In this document: in pieces, positions 52,048 through 64,000 of the stretch
How the letters are laid out: the number at the start of each line of letters is the position of its first letter
Numbering within the stretch: position 1 is the stretch's first letter
Assembly: GCA_951406725.2 (NCBI GenBank)
Contig: OX597815.1
Location: forward strand, 39,680,001-39,744,000
From: Octopus vulgaris
Taxonomy: Eukaryota
Direction: 5' to 3'
Length of the DNA: 64,000 nt
Made by a program: the position numbers and the translations under genes
Notes under the pieces: generated by a model
Databases searched by the model: none
Seen by the model: the letters and a program-made list of their open reading frames with translations, nothing else
What the model was told of the DNA's origin: nothing

Positions 52048-54149
52048 TAATGGAAAACAAAATGTATTCTAGGAATTAATTGAAATAGTAAATGAATATT
52101 GCAGTTTTAGTTAACATAAAATTATAATTGAAAGAAGAGGATATACCTACAGCAAATATTTTTGATTGTTCATTTGTCATATTCTCACTGTTGGCTACAA
52201 GCTTTTCCCTGTTTTGTGGGGTTTTTCTTTTGTTATTTTTTAGATTTGCTATTGAAATTAAACATGTATTTATCTATTTAATTATTTATCATTTCCATGG
52301 TTTTTCATGTATGTATTTGTGCATGGGTTAGTCTGCTACAAAAAGCTCACCGTAAAGCTGAATGGTATGGAGTTCAGACACATAAACATCTGAGCTTAGC
52401 ATCAAATTTCTTCCTCTCTAACCAGACAAAATCAGGAAAACGAAAATGAAGTAGGTGTGTTCTAAAGTCACTTGAATAGGTTTCCTTAAAGGAGATATTT
52501 TTCAAATTACATTTTAGAGAGCCAAGCCAGGTCAGCTTGAAACAGTTCAAAGTAAGTGATGAAATAGATGTTCATTTATCTTTTGTTATGCTTTCAAATC
52601 CTTTGAAAATTGAGAACAGGAGGTAGCTAGCTATAAGAACAGGTTAGTAATATAAACTGAATTAAGTGTCCTGAATTCCTAAAGTAGGATTTGTTAGCTG
52701 AGAAAATATATTCTAGTAAATGGCAAATATTTTCTCACACACTTCATTCTTTTTTTTTTTTTAATTACATGTAGAGGAATTAAACCTTCTTCAGTTTTTT
52801 TATTCTTTTATTATTTTTCTTTTACTTTAGTTTTTTGGTTTTTGATATCATTTAATATCATACTGAAAATAAATGAAAGACAAAGTTTGTATCACGGAAG
52901 CATTTTTTTCCTTCTAAAATTTTACAGACAGATTTTAAATAAACGAAACACACTCACACACACAGATGAAGATACAGGTGCATAAAAGCATTTGAACACA
53001 CACACTCAAACACAAACAAACATACTCATATGCAAGCATTCACACATATTCTGATGGTTGCTGTAGACAGTGTCAACTTCCAATTCAACAGATTTTTCTG
53101 TTTTCCTTTTTGTTCATGTTGTTGTTGTGGCAGTAGTGGTGGTGGTGGCGATAGCGGCGGTGACAGTGGCAGCAGTGGCGGTAACAGTGGTGACTGTGGC
53201 GGTGGCGGTGGTGGTGATGGTGGTGGTAGTGTAGCCTCAAGTCAATTCTGATACTGTGCAGTCCTATAATATAACAGGCTGGAAGCCACAGATCTATCAT
53301 CCAGGCTATACCATGTATTCACCCATATATTGTGCAGCTGACAGTCTGAATAAATTAGAATTTTACCTTTATCCAGTCCAGTCATGTATGCCAACAGATT
53401 CTGGTAACAGCCACAGCAAATATGGACAAGATGAAATCCATCAGAAAATAACAGTTGCAGTTCTGCTACAATGATTGTTTCCCAAAGTGATTGTGGTTAC
53501 TGTGTCTGAGGAACAGAAGATAATGCCCAGAGAAGAGATGTTTTAGTTTGCTTAGTTATGTGTTGTTTATGCAGCCACAACTGAGATATGTTTCACAAAC
53601 CGTAACAGGAATCTCTGCCATTAGCTTTAGTGGAACTTGGTTTCATTTTCTGTGTCTCTGCCAATAATATCAGTGTAGATGAGTGGTCTTCATCCTCTAT
53701 TAGGGTATATTACCAAAATATAATTACCAAAATATAACATCTGATATAGTCTTCTTTCCAGAACTATAGTAGTAACTAGTAAAACTTACTCTGCATTCAA
53801 CAACAACAGTATAGTGTGGAATGCATCCATAATCTCCACTTTGGTCTTGTACTCATACCATGAGATGTTTTGAGCCTTCAGGGGAAATTTGATGTTCATA
53901 CCATCAAGACAATCTTGAAGCTCTCTCTTCATAGTCCAGAATTCAGCTCTTTAAAGAAGAATGTTCTCTATACATGCTCTGAAGAAGATCAGCCTTGTTT
54001 GCCTTGAAATATTTTCATTGTCAGATGTTTTGAAGCTTGAGGCAAGTGCTTTTGGTTTGTCCAATGTAGGTACATTGATTTTTTTTTTTTGTTTAGAATG
54101 GAAATGAAGTTATGTTACCACTTGTATTATTTGTACCATTTGAAAACAG

Positions 54150-54720
54150 AGCAAATGATGGTGTTTGGAAGACCATTTAAGTATTATTGTCAGGGTATGT
54201 GATCTGATGACATATATATATCAACATTATATCTCAGCTCAGGGTGAGTTGAGATATGAAATGTATAGTGAGTATGACCTTGTGCTGTTGGAGAAGACAA
54301 GATTAGTTAGTCCTCACTGAAGATGTTTTTCGGGTGTCTTTTCATGAATTCTGAGCAAGCTTGGTGTGAGGTGTCTGGGTTATTTGTAGATGGTGCTTGG
54401 GTGTATAGGAATGAGCATAGTTCAACATGATGGCAAACAGGTTTTTGATATTTGGGAAGAAAAAACTGGGGAACAAAACCTAACTTTGGAGCACATCAGA
54501 TTTGTGTGTTGATTGAGTTCTCAAAGAGTACTTTATCATCACAGTAGTGTGATCGTCACAACAATGGTGTGATCTGCCAACAAAGTCACGTTAGGCATAG
54601 CCAAATGCCTTGTTGATGTCAAGGACAACAGCTCTGCTTTCACCAGATATCTTGTAAATGTCTAGTAGACTGAGTATTTTAGAAAGCCCAATAGATTGGG
54701 CTTTACTGTTGGCTAGTAAG
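54150..54720 (-). mobile_element. Decayed CR1/L2/Jockey-group RT relic
   Basis: ESRAVVLDINKAFG and a degenerate GVPQGSVL-like segment on the minus strand. Confidence 0.4.
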
Positions 54721-55127
54721 GAGAGGATAGAATTCAAAGTGTAGGAAAAGGTTGTTAATGATTCCATTAGCTTTGAGGTGATTTCTTTACATTGACAAAA
54801 GAGTCTTAAATATGCTGGGAAGAGGAGTTGTCAATTGATTTGATCTGAATACTTGCCTTATAAACTCCAAATGGATAAAGCATAGAAATGAAAGATTTGA
54901 ACATTGAGGTTAAGAAACTAAATACCCCAATACATTTATTATATAATGCTACCGTCTTTTTGTAAGGTACTTTAATTAATTATGCAGAAAAAAAAATTCC
55001 TTTCCTGAACACTACTCTTTCTGAAAATTCTACCATTCCTTACAAACAGGTGTGCAATAGCTTCTAAGTATCACATTTTAAAAGTAAATTGTTGTTTTTA
55101 CATTATTTTTGTTTTGTTACATTGCAG

Positions 55128-55234
55128 ATTTGCATTCTTGAAAGAAACAGCTGATTCAAGATTATCCATAACTGTAACACCGTGTGCATCAGACATAAAC
55201 TGGAGGGTTATATTTAAAAGATTACATTCTAATT
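55128..55234 (+). CDS. NDNF: NDNF/Nord-family gene, coding exon 2
   Basis: Acceptor tttgttttgttacattgcag|, donor t|GTAAGT at 55235. 107 nt, phase 2 in and phase 1 out. Translates (L)FAFLKETADSRLSITVTPCASDINWRVIFKRLHSN, matching remembered NDNF YFFVVEEDNTPLSVTVTPCDAPLEW. Not in the ORF track. Confidence 0.9.
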
Positions 55235-55667
55235 GTAAGTTTTTATTTGATATTATGTATAGAAAAACATAACTGCCCTTGTTGCTTAGCATTCAAAGCA
55301 ACCATATCTGTCCAAAATATTCTACCTGTTTTATGTTCAGATCTAGCCTTTGCTATCTGCACTGTATTGTCATTCTAAAAATAAACTCTCAAAGTTACAA
55401 GATAATGCATGCTTAATTAAAAACAATATGAATAAATAAGCATTACATTTTGCAGGATAATCTGAATGCTAAATGGTCAATATTAATTTAACATTAAAAC
55501 CCATGAATTTGTGTGCATGTGTGGGAGAGGGTGTATGCATGGTAATGCTTTCTGCTAAATTATTACACTCTTTCCAACATGCAAGCTACACTTTCTGATA
55601 AATTTAATTGAAAAATTTGAAATATAAGTTTTAAGGAATGTTATTATTTCTTAATCTATGCTCTTAA

Positions 55668-55888
55668 CCCTTTCATTACCAACCCGGCTGAAACCGGCTC
55701 TGGCTCTGTAGTACAAATGTCTTGTTTTCATAAGTTCTGAATTGAAATCTTCCACCAAACCTTAGTCACAATTTATGCTCCTAAAACTAGCTTAATCATA
55801 ACTAAGTTATTTTACTAAATTCTTTGTTATATTTAAAGTAATTGAAAGAAACATGGAGCATCTCAACAGAAATACAGTAATGAAAGGG
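55668..55888. mobile_element. piggyBac-like MITE (family B)
   Basis: TTAA|ccctttcattac...gtaatgaaaggg|TTAA; perfect 12-bp TIR, 221 bp. Confidence 0.9.
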
Positions 55889-56299
55889 TTAATATTCCTG
55901 CCACTGGATAAACAAAAGAAAAAAAAAGCGAATATGAAAACCTTTGTGTAATCTCACAACCTACAAGAAATCAATCCCTACCATCTTTGAAAAGGAAAAG
56001 TACATTGATAATGTAGTCCGAGGTACATTGTGCCTGAAAACATGGACATGATCATGGTTTGAGCATCTCCAATCACAGGTCTCCGGCATCATGGCAGACA
56101 TGGAGTAAAATAACAATAAATTATAATTTAATTTAAAAGACAGATCATCATCATTTAACACTCATGTTCCATACTGGCATGGGTTGGATGATTTGACAGG
56201 ATCTAATGTATCCAAGGACTGCAAGACACTCCAGTGTCTGCTTTGACATGTTTTTTTATGACTGGATACCCTTCCTAATGCCAACCACTTTACTGGGGG

Positions 56300-56915
56300 C
56301 ATTGTCTGTTTGAGATAAGCTCTTCAGGCATGGAAGTGCCAACAGCCAAACCTGCCTGAGATGCATGCAATTATTCAGAGTCCGTGCATTAGAGACTTGT
56401 GGGTTTGTGTTGAGCAGTTGCTATCTTGTGTAAGACAAATCCAGCTGTCCACTGAGTATGTAATGAAGACCAAAGCACCACCTTGCTTTGGCAGAAAAGA
56501 AAGGCAGATTTTCCTCTGCTTAGTGACTGTGGCAAAAGAGGTTGTGTGGTGAATCCATCTGAAAGGTTTGAAAGCAGACACTTTCCTACCTGGTCGAGCA
56601 CTCATCAATCTCTTCAAATATCATCTGAAGAGGAAGGTGAGGGTAGAGAGGGAAGTGCTGCTTTTATTGTGTTTATCAAAAGGTAGATGAGAGAGGCAAG
56701 AGTGGTGAGACTGAATGGATCTGCTCTGAGTATGCCTTTCAAAGTAGGAGAAAAGAAACTGGAAGATGGCACTACCCATGCCTTGGGAATGGCAGGGTAA
56801 TCCGTGTCTTTTTATGAGGTTTACTCTGCATTAACCTAAAAGGACTGCCCTGCTATTGGGGATTCTATTTATTTACTAATTATTTATTTCTCTAACTTCT
56901 ATTTGTATATCCTTT
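56300..56915 (+). mobile_element. Tx1/L1-like LINE 3' end in NDNF intron 2
   Basis: HAIIQSPCIRDLW (decayed zinc-knuckle region)...FLCLVTVAKEVVW...FKYHLKRKVRVER; paralog at 42303. Confidence 0.55.
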
Positions 56916-57219
56916 AATAATAATCATCATCATCATCATCATTTAGCGTCCGTTTTCCATGCTAGCATGGGTTGGACGGTTCAACTGGGGTCTGGGGAGC
57001 CCGAAGGCTGCACCAGGCCAGTCAGATCTGGCAGTGTTTTATTATTATTATTATCATTATTATTATCATTATTATTATTATTATTGTTATTATTATTATT
57101 CGTAAAACTTATAATTATGGTTAATCAAATTGAATAATTTTGTGTATGTAGAAGAATTTTTTGTGTATGCTGATAATCAAAGTAATTTTTTTCTGTTCTT
57201 TTTACCCTGCCAATTGCAG

Positions 57220-58541
57220 CACAGTTTGAATCTGCAGGCACACCAGTATCACAGTCTCTTGCTCTTCAAAACTTTTCGGGAGATGCTAGTAATACCTACC
57301 AAGAGAAGGAAGGACGCAAGGGTCTTTATATAGTTGAATTAGAAGCAATAACTTCTGAAACTTATGCAAGAGTCTATGTCACAACTACTCCTGATATTGA
57401 CAGCATTTTCCCCTTGCCACCAGCAGACAACCATCTTAACATAACCATGAAAGCAGCAAAAGATGTCAGTGTCACATGGAAACCAAGTTTATCATCTACC
57501 AATAAAATCAAGTACTGTGTATCTTTTAGTCGGAAAAGACAATTTTATACCAACTGTGGAGTTTTAGCACATTTCCATGGTGATGCAAAACCCACTCTTC
57601 CACCTCACACTGGGTTTGGATTTAAAGAAGAAAAGAAAAAAAGGCTTTTAAGAAAATCAGCAAAGCCTATTCGTTCAGCTCCAAAAGGGCATATTTTTTA
57701 TGATTGCGTTGGAAGTAAACTTTCTTATACATTTAAAAAAGGCAAACCAGGTCGAAAGTACTTTATCAATGTGTTTGCTATTAACTCCACTTCTAATATG
57801 TCAATCAGTTATGCCGGTGTACAAGTTAAGCTTAAACGAAACAAGAAAAAACGTTTTGTAGTGAAAGAAAATAAAGTGCAAACACTAGTAATCAAACGGA
57901 GAAAAATACCAAAATTATATTTTAGTCTTTCACGAAATGTTAAGGCATTGAATCTATTTTTGCAAGCCTGTGGTGATGTCATGAAAATACGTGTTACTAA
58001 AAGTAAGCAAAAAACAAAAGTTATACGCAGTAGCATAACATTTTTTAGAAAACTTGTCTTGAAAGATCTTGAAGCTGGAAATTACCAGATTCGTGTATCT
58101 CGAGACAAAAAAAATCATGGACTGCAGCAATCCCTTACATTATTATTGCAAGACAGTTCTTCACATATTGATGTTCCTAGACTTCCACATAATGCAAAAG
58201 TAACAGTTTTAAGCAACTCTACCCTCTGCAACCAAGTGACAATTTCTTGGAATGCTACAGAAAAGACTCAACGCTATTGTGTATACAAAAGTAAAATTCC
58301 TAAAATAATTCCCGAAATCAGAGCCAATAGAAAGGTACAACCACAGTGCATTGCAGTTGCATCAAGAAAAAAATTGGCAAAATTGTTTTGTAAAGTAGCA
58401 AATAAACAAAAAGTGTTCACAGAAACTATTGACAAATTAACTCCAGGGACAAGTTATATGGTTTCTGTCTATGTAGGTCTTCGGGAACGAGAAATGTTTG
58501 CTTATCAATCTGTGTTTGTGACAACCAAATCGTATTGCTAA
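57220..58541 (+). CDS. NDNF: NDNF/Nord-family gene, large terminal coding exon (FN3-like repeats, C-terminal Cys)
   Basis: Acceptor ttttaccctgccaattgcag| (AG 57218-19) joins in phase 1 and reads through into ORF 57414-58541. Motifs GLYIVEL, RVYVTTTP, VTWKPS...KYCVS, FGF, YFINVFAINSTSNMSISYAG, CNQVTISW...RYCVYK, TETIDKLTPGTSY and YQSVFVTTKSYC* match NDNF. Spliced CDS 215+107+1322=1644 nt = 547 aa plus stop. Confidence 0.93.
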
Positions 58542-58845
58542 CCTAAGAATTATAAATATTGCCATGTACATATGCAGACATACAAAATTATGATACATGT
58601 TCATGTTTGCTCGGGTAAATTGGAGCGAATGAAAGGGAGAGAAAGGCAGGGAAAAAAGTGGTTTTGTATTACGTTGATCTGAATGTGGGATTGTATTAGC
58701 ATTTGTGTACATATAATAATTTTTTTTTTCACTCACTTATTGATAAACGGGTGGTGACTGAATTAGGGTCTCTATAACCTTTTTCCAGACATTTTACTTT
58801 TTATTTTATTTTTATCGTTAAAGAAAACCCACCAATTTACAAATG

Positions 58846-58884
58846 AGTATTATTGTTATTATTATTATCATTATTATTTATTAC

Positions 58885-58936
<52 letters not shown>
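58846..58936. repeat. (ATT)n microsatellite in the probable NDNF 3' UTR
   Basis: Direct inspection; ~300 nt after the stop codon and before the first AATAAA noticed (59565). Confidence 0.85.
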
Positions 58937-59899
58937 GTGAAATGATGCAATCAAATTATAATTTCTTTCTAGAGGTTCTATTCTTGAAATCGTATTGACA
59001 GCTAATGTTACCTCTTATGTAGCTATAAACTATAATACTGTTGCTGAGCAGTAGTCAAAATTGGACCAAGTATTATGCAAGCCATGTCAGTGAATACGAT
59101 TCATTTATTCTTAATACCTCAATATTTCTTCATTTGAGCCTCAAAATATAAAGCTTCAAACTGATCCAGCAAATCAAATACTTAATCAATCTTTCATGGA
59201 TAGCATTCTGATTTATGAATATCATTGCTAATTTTAATATTTGCGCTTTTGTTGAGTGATCAGTTCTCATCTGTCTAGCTATCAATAACAAGTACTTTTA
59301 CAGTACAAGCTTCACATGTTGCCAATGAGCTCTTGCTTTGTCCCATTATCAGAATCTTCTCTTAGACCCTGCTGGTGCAATTCAGGGGAGGCAAGAACAA
59401 CACTATCTAACATATTTGGCTGGTCAAATTGATGTTCAGTGTCTGGATCTCGCTTGGAACACCTGTCCCACATTGCAACTTCCATATGATGTAAATTTAC
59501 ATAATATTTTGATAAATTAATAGCAACATTTTGATAATCAAAATTTAAAAAGTAAACAATAATGAATAAAAAATGTACATAATTTATATTAGATGTCTTA
59601 ATTTGTATTAATTTGTCAGATGGGAAGAATTGTGATCATGACCTTTATAAGCCTTTCCAAGACTGATGACTGTGATGCAGTTCAGTTTGAATACAAAAGT
59701 TCAGTTTGTTCTTTTGTACTTTTAACATCTGCAAGTAGAAAAGTATATTCACAATTTTCTGCTTTGAGAAGGAATGATTGGACAAGATATTTAGTGTGGG
59801 ATTTTGCTCAGTGAAACACAGTAAGGATGACAAAATGAAGAGAAACAGATGGATTGAGTAGGCTAGTGAGGTGGTCTATTCATCTCTCTAGTCCAAAGG

Positions 59900-60500
59900 A
59901 GTGAGTTGTTGTAATTGTGATAGGGAATATGTACAAATAAACAGCATGTCTGGAGCCAATGCTTGTAGTCATCCATATGTTGTAGTTATACCTTCCTAAA
60001 TATGTGAACAGTATTCTAAAATTCATTTAAGGTGAAATTCAGAAACTGGTAATGGTGATGTAGTATCTGGCTCTGAAGAAGTTTAATTTTTACAATACAG
60101 TTATTGCTGTGTTATATATGTGATGTTACTAAAAAACATTGTCAGAAATTGTCTATCAAGCATTTGCAGTGATTTGTGAGACTTAGTTGCATATTATTCA
60201 TGCATTGGGAGAATATACTGCAAGACACTTTGACATGTGTAGTGATCATGTTTTTGAGTTTTTGAAGGAGACAAAGTTACCATGACTTCATTACAGAATG
60301 TTTTTGAGTTCTCTGTTCATGGAAGCAACATATATCTAACATGAAATGTGGATGATACCTGAGTGTGGAAAATCAAAGAGGATTGAAAGTTGACATCATC
60401 TGCAAAATTGTTGCATGTGTGTGATAAGAAATGACAACAAGTAGATCATTAATGTACAGAAGTAAGAGTAAGAAATATAAATCAACTTTGGTGTACATCA
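59900..60500 (-). mobile_element. Decayed CR1/L2-group RT relic
   Basis: Minus strand LLLLYINDL followed by NFADDV (~60390-60470). Confidence 0.5.
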
Positions 60501-61699
60501 CACTTAATATAGTACCCTCTAAATTTGATAAATGTGTTTCATTTTTGATAAATAACTAAGTTTCATTTAACATCAAAATAAAATGATAAAATGATAAAGA
60601 TGAAGGTGGAATCACTTTCCTTCAGTACAGGATATCATGAAATATTATAATTGAAAAATCAAATATTATTTGGAGAGATGGTTAAACATTTTGGGCATGA
60701 ATGCAGGAGTATTTACCTATGTATCTTAGAGAAGTCTTAAATCATTGATAGAAGTTCAATTAATATCTACATTATTTCCCTTAAAAATGCTTCTGTCTTT
60801 TGTTCATAAATGACATGTAACTAATAATAAATGCAAAGGAAAATAGTAGGAAATACACATTAGATGCACTTTGAATAAAATGTTAGGTTATCGGGGCACT
60901 GCTTAAACTTAAATATCTTTATACCAGAAATTGGACTGATTTCCTGTTGCCTGTTTTAGAATTTCAGCTCAACATCATGTGCTAATTAAACAATGATCAG
61001 TACATCTCTATGATTTCTATTTTTCAGCTAGGTGGACTAATATTTACTTAGCTTTGCCAATACAGTGACTGTTGGCAATGGAATTAAAAACAATTGACTC
61101 TTCAGCTGTTGTATTCTAGATATTATGGATTCTGCCAAAAGTCTCTTTATCATTTTCATTGATTTATACTTGAGCTGTAGGATACATATTTATAGAGAAA
61201 TAAAGTCAGATTAGAGGGTTTTTATGCTTTTCTCAAGGTCTTTAACAGCATAAGTGAAATGAATTGGCTTCAAACAAGAATAAAAACTGGCTTGATTACC
61301 TTTTTCTCTATAGTGTTCATTACTATCTACTATTATTTCTTACATAAACACAAGACCAATTTTTGTACATGAATAGTGTTGCCAGTTGAATCAACCCAAT
61401 ATATTACTGGCTCTTTATTTTATCAATGCCAGAGGAATGAATAGGAAAGCTGACTTGTGTAGAATTTGAACAGAAAAATCTACAAATATCAAAAACTAAA
61501 TAGCATTATGATTTTAGTATAACAACCCTCACACACACATTCCATTGCTTCAGTCAACTTGACTTTATTTTGTTTACACCTAAACACTACATTTACTTCA
61601 CCTGTTAATGTAGAATATTTCAAGCTAGTAGTGAATTCACTTTCACTGCTTTGGTAATCATTTTTTAGTTTATGTACTTTGCATTCAATCAATGGCATC

Positions 61700-63600
61700 A
61701 TATTGCTTGGAAGACTATGATAAATAGGAGGGGGCTGAGGACTGAACCTTGGTGGACCCCTACCTCTATCCGGAATTTTTCACTGTACTTGTTGACAACC
61801 CTCACCTTACCGACAGCGTCCATGTACATGGCTTGCACAGTTCTCACTAACCATTCATCTATCCCTAGTTTCCTCATTGACCACCAGATAAGGGATCGGA
61901 GGACTCTGTCAAAGGCTTTCTCCATGTCAGTGAAAGCCAGGTACAGAGGTTTATCTTTGGCTAAGTATTTTTCTTGCAGCTGTCTTACCAGAAATATAGC
62001 ATCACTGGTGCTTTTCCCCGGCATGAATCCAAACTGCATCTCATCTAAACTGACTCTCTCCCTAATTAGTTGGGCTATGACCCTCTCCGTGACCTTCATT
62101 ACCTGATCCAACAACTTGATACCTCTGCAATTATTTTTATCTAAAGCGTCACATTTACCTTTGTAGCAGTTGACTATAGTGCTGCTACACCAGTCATTGG
62201 GTATGACTCAGTCATGTATCACCTGGTTTATTATATGGGTGACTAGGCTATAGCCGACACTGCCAAATATTTTGAGCATCTCTGCAGTGATTCCTGATGG
62301 GCCAGGGTCTTTCCCTGTCTTCATACTCTTAATTGCTTTATCTACCAAGGTACTTTCAACTTGGATAGCTGGTCCCTCTGTTGATATTCGGCAGACTCTC
62401 TTTTTCCCATTCCTTTTCTTTATTGAGCAACCTTTCATTGTGGTGTCTCCAAACCTCTCTCTTTGCAGCCTCATTTAAGTGCGAGTGAACCATCATCCAT
62501 GCGGACACATTTCTCTCCAACAACATCACGGTTCACTCTCACACACTGTCTTGCAACACGAAATACCTCAAGTCTTTGGTACTCATGGCACAAAACATTG
62601 GCAAATTTTTTCTTATCTGCTTCCCCTCTGGCCAAATAAACCTGTCTCCTAGCTTCCCTTCTGGCAGTCTAATACAATTCCCTGCTACCACCGTTCTTCC
62701 AGTCCTTCCAAGCCCATTTCTTTTCTCTAATAGCACTGTCAACAACATTGTTCCACCACCACATTATTTTAGGTCGAGAGAGGACTTTGCACCATCCACA
62801 GATCTGGTCAGTGGCCCTCAGCTAGTTGTCGTGTAGAAACCTCCAGTTGTCTTCTACACTGTGTGAAGCTATATCCCCTTCTATTTCGTCAAACGCTTCG
62901 AGTAATACATCTCTAAATATTTGTCCATTTGCAGGATCTTAAGCAGCCATCTTTCCCTTTTTCTGGTGAGGATGTAGTCAATTTGGCTAGTGTGTCTGCC
63001 AGAACGGTAGGTGACTAGGTGACTCGCAGGTTTTCTGAAGTAAGTATTGCAAGCCATAAGATCATTTGCATCGCAGAACTCCAGCAGCCTGGTTCCCTCC
63101 TCATTGCGGAACCAAAACTGTAGCCTCCATGTACACCATGGAAGCCCCCTGTATGTTGTCCAACATGTCCATTGAAGTCACCAGCCACAAAGAGAAAGTC
63201 CCTGTCATTCGTCAATGAGGTAGTCTGCAAGAGGGTGTCATAGAATCGGTCTTTCTGTCTATTGGGTAGCCCCGGCTTAGGGGTATAGGTCGAGATAATG
63301 GTTGCTAACCCATGATGAAGCACTAATCTAATCTTAAGTATTCTGTCGCATACTCTGACGACTTCAATTATCTTATCCACCCATTTCTATGCAAGAAGTA
63401 TACCCATGCCCCCAACCCCATCAGTGTTCCCGGCCCAGAAAATCATGTACCTGTGTTCTTTGCCAGTGAGGAATCTAGCAGAACCTCCTATCGACATATC
63501 TCTGTTCAAGCATCTCAACAATCTCACCAGACCTACCTTTCAACTCTGAGTGTGTGGGACGTATGGGACGGGGGACAGCAGCTTCATGTACCTGAAAAGA
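61700..63600 (-). mobile_element. RTE LINE 5' two-thirds (AP endonuclease and RT), 3'-truncated and frameshifted
   Basis: KGRSGEIVEML, VAGDFNGHVG, QFGFMPGKSTSDAIF, LAFTDMEKAFDRV, GVHQGSVLSPLLF. Confidence 0.92.
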
Positions 63601-64000
63601 AAGCTCGCATTTGGCAGAATTCAGAAACAAACAATAGCCTTCAGTTCAACCTGCATACACTACACTATCATATTTTTGCACTATATGATCACTATCTTAA
63701 ATAGGAGATAAACCCTAAGTAGGGGTGGGGATGGCGTAAAGCCTTTAGAAGTGTTCATGGGAGACAACCATGTGAGTGTGTATATATATCTATATATATG
63801 TATATGTATGTGCATATATATATATATATATTATATATCACGTGACCGTCCAGTCCATCAGATGTAGTTACACATCGCTGGTCACAATGCGTTCACATTG
63901 TTTTAGCCTTCGAATGACGCCACCCCACTGGCTAAGCGAGCAGGCCAACAGAAGAAAGAGTGGTGAAAGAGTGCAGCAGGGATCACCCCCCCCCCCTGCT

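Noticed and set aside
53030-53300. Gly/Ser-rich and His-rich ORFs in NDNF intron 1
   Set aside because: (GGT/GGC)n trinucleotide microsatellite; exons 1 and 2 already join in frame with continuous homology.
57414-57416. TTG start of the 375-aa ORF
   Set aside because: Internal Leu codon; homology and the open frame extend upstream to the acceptor at 57219.

Overview
AT-rich, repeat-saturated eukaryotic DNA. The SINE/LINE repertoire and the dense (TA)n, (TATG)n, (ATG)n and (TAA)n microsatellites point to an octopus or other coleoid cephalopod genome (inference from remembered repeat families). One host gene can be reconstructed by hand: an NDNF/Nord-family secreted FN3 protein on the + strand. 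Its three coding exons (49621-49835, 55128-55234, 57220-58541) have GT-AG introns of phase 2 and 1 and give 547 aa. A candidate upstream in-frame exon lies at 45187-45230. The rest is decayed transposable-element material: many RTE LINE pieces, a DD34D mariner, a maT-like Tc1/mariner relic, a Helitron Rep relic, Penelope-like, Tx1-like, R4/Dong-like and CR1/L2-like fragments, several tRNA-derived SINE families, and hAT, piggyBac-like and Tc2-like MITEs. The most notable observations are: (1) a C4HC3 PHD finger inside the RT domain of the dominant RTE family; (2) a variable-copy array of ~60-66-nt hairpin units in that family's 3' UTR; (3) a Helitron Rep fragment with an apparent in-frame spliceosomal intron; (4) a (TAA)n-associated nest of R4/Dong-like and partner elements; (5) several local inverted duplications and palindromes. 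No CRISPR array, rRNA or true tRNA gene was seen. Most short ORFs in the track are microsatellite or TE artefacts. TE boundaries are approximate unless TSDs are quoted.
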